Shown here piece by piece: positions 8,654-12,776 of a DNA stretch of 12,776 nt. Position 1 is the stretch's first letter; every line of letters starts with the position of its first letter. This stretch comes from a virus (Duplodnaviria; Heunggongvirae; Uroviricota; Caudoviricetes): the IMG/VR virus record IMGVR_UViG_2695420701_000012, one strand, 5' to 3'. The notes under the pieces are model-generated. The model was not told the DNA's origin, searched no databases, and saw only the letters and a program-made list of their open reading frames with translations. The translations under genes were made by a program, and so were the position numbers.

Positions 8654-8695
8654 AATAGCGATGCTATTTACATCAAAAAATAATGATGCTATTGT
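8654..8695 (+). promoter_or_regulatory. Left operator/promoter (OL/PL-like): AATAGC-GAT-GCTATT (8654-8668, perfect palindrome) and AATAAT-GAT-GCTATT (8679-8693) overlapping a candidate -35 TTTACA (8667-8672) and -10 TATTGT (8690-8695), 17-bp spacer
   Basis: Same palindrome family and same 25-bp centre spacing as the sites at 7519-7558. The promoter hexamers are read by eye and are plausible for sigma70. Confidence 0.5.
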
Positions 8696-8874
8696 TTCAG
8701 GCGTCAACCCACCCCGCCCCACAGAATGCAGGGCAATACTTCGAGTTACCAGACAGTGGTCAGGGGTTAAGTAGCCAGCCCGAGGCGTAAGAACATGACG
8801 GCAGGGTTCAATCTTTAACTATGCAGCAGGTTTTTTGTTCCGCCACCCCGGCGTTAAGGGGAAATGAGGTCAGC

Positions 8875-9027
8875 ATGGATACTATCGATCTTGGCAACAA
8901 CGAATCTCTGGTGTGCGGCGTGTTCCCTAACCAGGATGGAACGTTTACCGCCATGACGTATACCAAAAGCAAAACGTTTAAAACCGAATCTGGCGCGCGT
9001 TGCTGGTTAGCCAGAAACACTGACTGA
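8875..9027 (+). CDS. Hypothetical small protein (50 aa), first gene downstream of the PL-like promoter
   Basis: ATG at 8875 preceded by GAGG with 5-nt spacing. The track ORF extends upstream to 8821 but has no Shine-Dalgarno there. The stop overlaps the next ATG (ATGA). Confidence 0.4.
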   Translation: MDTIDLGNNESLVCGVFPNQDGTFTAMTYTKSKTFKTESGARCWLARNTD

Positions 9028-9404
9028 TGAGGCTGACGATGGAATTTAAAGATTTACCGTCTGATGTACAGAAAACAGCAGCTCATACATTGCATTCTGT
9101 GCTGCGAGAAATCGGGAAAGATATTGCAAGCGAGCCAGCAAAAGATCTGGCCCGGAAAATCAAGACCGCTTTCGTTGAGCTTTATAATGTTGGCACTGAC
9201 TCTGAAACTGTCGAGACCAAGACCGTAAGTTCACCAATATTCTCACTTGAGCCAAGCGTATTATCAGGTGAAATATGCACCGAGATTTCCAGCGAACTGC
9301 TTCCGGTAATACGAGAAGCAATTCGCCGTCGCGGTTTGGATGGAAGTTATGATCATGACGTTCTGCAAGTTCTCAGGACAATGGTGACTTCACTGGGGAT
9401 TTGA
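9027..9404 (+). CDS. Hypothetical phage protein (about 121-125 aa)
   Basis: ORF coupled to the upstream small gene. An alternative ATG at 9039 has a better Shine-Dalgarno (GAGG). No motif recognised. Confidence 0.5.
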   Translation: MRLTMEFKDLPSDVQKTAAHTLHSVLREIGKDIASEPAKDLARKIKTAFVELYNVGTDSETVETKTVSSPIFSLEPSVLSGEICTEISSELLPVIREAIRRRGLDGSYDHDVLQVLRTMVTSLGI

Positions 9405-9573
9405 TCCCTGCGTCCTCTAAGCTTTTGATATAGCGGTCCTCCAAGAAGCGGTAAATTTTGTCGAAATCATCTTTTCCCTCTGGTTTATTCAGAGGATTAC
9501 AGGACCCGTAAGTAGCGGCATACATTTCAACCGTTTTATCAAAAATATAAGAGACAAATTCTTCTTTAGTCAT
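9373..9573 (-). CDS. Hypothetical small protein (66 aa), AT-rich cargo gene with a structured leader
   Basis: ATG at 9573 preceded by an AAGAAGGA Shine-Dalgarno. The track ORF extends to 9747, but that extra stretch is better explained as a leader. Overlaps the 3' end of the convergent plus-strand gene by 32 bp. Confidence 0.45.
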   Translation of the reverse strand: MTKEEFVSYIFDKTVEMYAATYGSCNPLNKPEGKDDFDKIYRFLEDRYIKSLEDAGIKSPVKSPLS

Positions 9574-9773
9574 ATAGATTTCCTTCTTGGTTATTCGGGA
9601 TAAGAAGGATACCACCTCGCCTGACGTGGTTAAAAGCAGGCACACAACGCGAAATGACGCGGCGGTAAGTATGGCGGAGTTATTCCTTCCCCGTTGAGGA
9701 CACCGGGTTGTCAGGTTGACCATACGCTTAAGTGACAACCACGCCACAACACTCCATGTTGATTGGTACCTTT

Positions 9774-9814
9774 GGCGGCATCAGTTTCATTGCTGGCTGA
9801 TGTCCGCCCTTTTT
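9774..9814 (+). terminator. Intrinsic terminator candidate at the start of repeat element X
   Basis: Imperfect inverted repeat ggcggcatcag (9774-9784) / ctgatgtccgcc (9797-9808) followed by ctttttaaa. Repeated in the other copies of the module (for example about 10889-10929). Confidence 0.5.
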
Positions 9815-10298
9815 AAAGTGAATTTTGTGATGCGGTGAATGCGGCTCAGCGCACGCGGCACAGTTAAAAAGCGATTAGTTCCCCCGTATCGGGTGGTTAT
9901 GGGTTTCCCTGTATCCGGCGTTAATTGTTAACTGGTTAACGTCACCTGGAGGCACCAGGCACCGCATCAACAAAGTTCACTTCGGTGATGAAAGGAAAGA
10001 GAAAATGTTGAATGTAGCTATTGAAAACCAGAACGGGTGGAATTATAGTGCACCTGCACCTCATAAAACGGGTGCCGGGATTGCTACCCCGAAGTCATTC
10101 ACGGCGCATAACCGCGCTCAGGCGGTTTTTTTATGCGTAATGCACAGCCACATTCAAATTATGGTGGGGCGTGCGGGGCAGTCGCAAGACTGGCCGGGTT
10201 CTCGAGTGACCGGTATTTCCACCCCTGTACGTCTCACCACCCATGAGATTGCTACCTCCGGTGGTGAGTTAATCAAATTCATCGCGGAGGCTGCCATC

Positions 10299-10427
10299 AT
10301 GGCTACTACCCTTTCTCACCCTTGTGTAACCGTAGAAAACGGTCGCGCTGTCACTACGTCTGTTGCGGTTGCAGAGTTCTTCCACAAACGACACNCAGGA
10401 TATTCACCGGGTCTTGGCGGGGTATAA
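10299..10427 (+). pseudogene. Truncated Rha-family antirepressor N-terminal fragment (copy A)
   Basis: MATTLSHPCVTVENGRAVTTSVAVAEFFHKRH matches the N-terminus of the intact Rha ORF at 12455, but diverges after about 32 codons (an N at 10395) and stops at 10427. Confidence 0.4.
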
Positions 10428-10694
10428 ATACCATGCGCATTGACTGAATTCGCAAACAAAAACAGACGCGCGATACCTGGATAGTCGGTCTGCATAGTCA
10501 GATATCTGGCTGCGAATTTGATAAATATCACCGCCCTTTTCGGAAACATAAGTTCCGTCCGGGAGTTGATTATACGAACCATCTCCATGGGGGATCGTTC
10601 TCCTGAATCCTAGTGAGAGCATATATTTATGAAGCCCTTCGTAATCCTCTGGCTCAGCATTATATAGTTCTACTCTGGCGAGATACGTTGGCAT
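10404..10694 (-). CDS. Hypothetical small protein (96 aa), AT-rich cargo gene with a structured leader
   Basis: ORF 10404-10700; the ATG at 10694 has better spacing to the TAAGGAA Shine-Dalgarno than the ATG at 10700. The leader is homologous to that of the 9373-9573 gene. No family assignable from memory. Confidence 0.5.
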   Translation of the reverse strand: MPTYLARVELYNAEPEDYEGLHKYMLSLGFRRTIPHGDGSYNQLPDGTYVSEKGGDIYQIRSQISDYADRLSRYRASVFVCEFSQCAWYLYPAKTR

Positions 10695-11253
10695 ATTCAT
10701 TTCCTTACTGGTTGTGTGAGAACTTCAGTAAAGATACCACCAAAGCCCGGAGGTGGTGAAATAAAACCGGGCACAACACGAAGGCGCATTTCCGGTATCC
10801 ATAAAGAGTCGGTCTTGTCTGTGAAATTTAAATGGTGGGAGTGCGCTTCCGGTTGTAAATAACGACATTGCTGTGTGAAGTACCAGTTGGCGGCATCGGT
10901 TTAATTGCTGGCTGATGTCCGCCCTTTTTAAAGTGAATTTTGTGATGCGGTGAATGCGGCTCAGCGCACGCGGCACAGTTAAAAAGCGATTAGTTCCCCC
11001 GTATCGGGTGGTTATGGGTTTCCCTGTATCCGGCGTTAATTGTTAACTGGTTAACGTCACCTGGAGGCACCAGGCACCGCATCAACAAAATTCACTTCGG
11101 TGATGAAAGGTGAGAGAAAATGTTGAATGTAGCTATTGAAAACCAGAACGGGTGGAATTATAGTGCACCTGCACCTCATAAAACGGGTGCCGGGATTGCT
11201 ACCCCGAAGTCATTCACGGCGCATAACCGCGCTCAGGCGGTTTTTTTATGCGT

Positions 11254-11274
11254 NNNNNNNNNNNNNNNNNNNNN
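11254..11274. other. Assembly gap (21 N); a second gap of 10 N lies at 11787-11796 and a single N at 10395
   Basis: N characters in the sequence. Both runs fall exactly at boundaries of the repeated module, typical of scaffolded repeat collapse. Confidence 0.95.
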
Positions 11275-12049
11275 TTGATTGGTACCTTTGGCGGCATCAG
11301 TTTCATTGCTGGCTGATGTCCGCCCTTTTTAAAGTGAATTTTGTGATGCGGTGAATGCGGCTATGCGCACGCGGCACAGTTAAAAGTCATGTTAGTCCTT
11401 ATTGGTTTGGGTGGGAAAGCCAACTGTAATTGTTAACTGGTTAACGTCACCTGGAGGCACCAGGCACCGCATCAACAAAGTTCACTTCGGTGATGAAAGG
11501 AAAGAGAAAATGTTGAATGTAGCTATTGAAAACCAGAACGGGTGGAATTATAGTGCACCTGCACCTTATAAAACGGGTGCCGGGCGTGGAAACCCGAACG
11601 TTACTCGAGCGCATAGCCGCGCTGAAGCGGTTTTTTTATGCGTAATGCACAGCTCCATTCAAATTATGGTGGGATGTGCAGGGCAGTCGCAAGACTGGCC
11701 GGGTTCTCGAGTGACCGGTATTTCCACCCCTGTACGTCTCACCACCCTTATGGTCGTGGAAAACCTCGGTGGTGAGTTAATTAACTNNNNNNNNNNCGGA
11801 GGTGGTGAAATAAAACCGGGCACAACACGAAGGCGCATTTCCGGTATCCATAAAGAGTCGGTCTTGTCTGTGAAATTTAAATGGTGGGAGTGCGCTTCCG
11901 GTTGTAAATAACGACATTGCTGTGTGAAGTACCAGTTGGCGGCATCGGTTTAATTGCTGGCTGATGTCCGCCCTTTTTAAAGTGAATTTTGTGATGCGGT
12001 GAATGCGGCTATGCGCACGCGGCACAGTTAAAAGTCATGTTAGTCCTTA

Positions 12050-12093
12050 TTGGTTTGGGTGGGAAAGCCAACTGTAATTGTTAACTGGTTAAC
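12050..12093 (+). promoter_or_regulatory. Candidate sigma70 promoter in block Y2 (-35 TTGGTT, 17-bp spacer, -10 TGTAAT) followed by GTTAAC-TG-GTTAAC (12080-12093)
   Basis: Hexamers read by eye; the same arrangement occurs in copy C (11402-11445). Block Y1 copies carry a poorer -35/-10 at the equivalent position. Confidence 0.45.
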
Positions 12094-12262
12094 GTCACCT
12101 GGAGGCACCAGGCACCGCATCAACAAAATTCACTTCGGTGATGAAAGGTGAGAGAAAATGTTGAATGTAGCTATTGAAAACCAGAACGGGTGGAATTATA
12201 GTGCACCTGCACCTCATAAAACGGGTGCCGGGCGTGGAAACCCGAAATCATTCACGGCGCAT

Positions 12263-12285
12263 AACCGCGCTCAGGCGGTTTTTTT
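12263..12285 (+). terminator. Conserved hairpin plus U7 (attenuator-like terminator) inside the leader ORF
   Basis: Stem aaccgc / gcggtt with 6-nt loop followed by ttttttt. Also present at 10110-10132, 11225-11247 and 11615-11637. In copy C the stem carries a->g, giving a G-U wobble that preserves pairing. Confidence 0.4.
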
Positions 12286-12454
12286 ATGCGTTAAGCACAG
12301 CCACATTCGCATTATGGTGGGGCGTGCAGGGCAACCGCAAGGCTGGCCGGGTTCCGTGATGACCGGTATTTCCACCCCTGTACGTCTCACCACCCTTATG
12401 GTCGTGGAAAACCTCGGTGGTGAGTTAATCAAATTCATCGCGGAGGCTGCCATC

Positions 12455-12776
12455 ATGGCTACTATCCTTACCCTTTCTCACCCTGACGTAACCATCGAAA
12501 ATGGTCGCGCTGTCACTACCTCTGTTGCGATCGCCGAGTTCTTTGGCAAACGCCACGAACGAGTGTTGGATAAAATTCGCAATCTGGACTGTTCAGCAAA
12601 ATTCACTGAGCACAATTTTGTGTCGAGCGAATACACCGACTCAACCGGGCGCAAACTCCCAATGTACCAAATCACCAAAAACGGCTTCGTTTTCCTGGTG
12701 ATGGGCTTCACGGGCAAAAAAGCCGCCGCATTCAAAGAGGCATACATTGCTGAGTTCGACCGCATGGAGGCCGAAC
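12455..12776 (+). CDS. rha: Rha-family phage regulatory protein / antirepressor (Bro-N/Rha-type N-terminal domain), 5' part only; runs off the window
   Basis: Translation MATILTLSHPDVTIENGRAVTTSVAIAEFFGKRHERVLDKIRNL... fits the Rha/AntA N-terminal domain pattern. GGAGG lies 8 nt upstream of the ATG. The frame is open to the window end and is also open upstream to the ATG at 12158 (see findings). Confidence 0.75.
   Translation, partial: MATILTLSHPDVTIENGRAVTTSVAIAEFFGKRHERVLDKIRNLDCSAKFTEHNFVSSEYTDSTGRKLPMYQITKNGFVFLVMGFTGKKAAAFKEAYIAEFDRMEAE

Larger units (their letters stand above)
9759..12454. repeat. Four mosaic copies of a leader module (A 9759-10298, B 10880-11253, C 11275-11786, D 11930-12454) built from variant blocks X1/X2, Y1/Y2, Z1/Z2 and a variable segment
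   Basis: Direct comparison of the copies: A is X1-Y1-Z1, B is X2-Y1-Z2, C is X1-Y2-Z1, D is X2-Y2-Z2. Copies B and C end at N runs. Confidence 0.8.

Noticed and set aside
8700-8874. nutL-like boxA/boxB antitermination site in the long leader downstream of the PL-like promoter
   Set aside because: No CGCTCTTA-like boxA and no clean boxB hairpin were found by eye, and the first downstream ORF (50 aa) does not look like an N-type antiterminator.
9574-9760. Retron msr/msd or type III toxin-antitoxin RNA as the identity of the structured leaders
   Set aside because: There is no reverse transcriptase or ToxN-like gene, no short tandem RNA repeats, and no flanking a1/a2 inverted repeats of retron type.
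10070-10260. Diversity-generating retroelement (template/variable repeat) as the explanation for the hypervariable segment in the repeated module
   Set aside because: The substitutions between copies are not adenine-specific, there is no reverse transcriptase gene in the window, and the N gaps make assembly or allelic mosaicism a simpler explanation.
10725-10976. 83-aa minus-strand ORF (duplicated at 11777-12025)
   Set aside because: It lies entirely within the repeated leader and X blocks, is interrupted by Ns in the second copy, and has no Shine-Dalgarno; better explained as non-coding leader.
12478-12765. 95-aa minus-strand ORF
   Set aside because: Antisense to the Rha-family gene, whose translation is clearly protein-like; likely spurious.
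1-12776. CRISPR arrays, tRNA/rRNA genes, insertion-sequence ends
   Set aside because: No short regularly spaced direct repeats, no cloverleaf-like tRNA candidates and no terminal inverted repeats with a transposase ORF were seen; the only repeats are the iterons, the operators and the roughly 0.4-1 kb module copies.

Overview
This window reads as the early/immunity region of a lambdoid (Rac / CP-933P-like) enterobacterial prophage carrying accessory cargo; all calls come from reading the sequence and ORF translations by eye, with no searches run. Minus strand, 183-7482: an AT-rich restriction-modification cassette (N6-adenine methyltransferase with DPACGGGAF and NPPYG motifs, translationally coupled to a 360-aa putative endonuclease), three uncharacterised phage genes, a DnaC-like helicase loader, a YdaU/O-like initiator whose gene contains two helically phased CGTGAC iteron clusters (ori candidate), a YdaT-like CII analogue and a Cro/YdaS-like HTH gene. 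Plus strand, 7594-8598: an HTH repressor followed by an antitoxin and a ParE-family toxin (paaR-paaA-parE-like), flanked by four AATAGC-N3-GCTATT operator palindromes and ending in an intrinsic terminator. From 9373 to the end lies the most unusual part: two unrelated small AT-rich minus-strand genes with homologous structured leaders, and four mosaic copies of a roughly 0.4-1 kb leader module interrupted by N runs, ending in a truncated Rha-family antirepressor gene. That repeat region is the best candidate for something undescribed, but its true copy number and gene content cannot be trusted without re-assembly.
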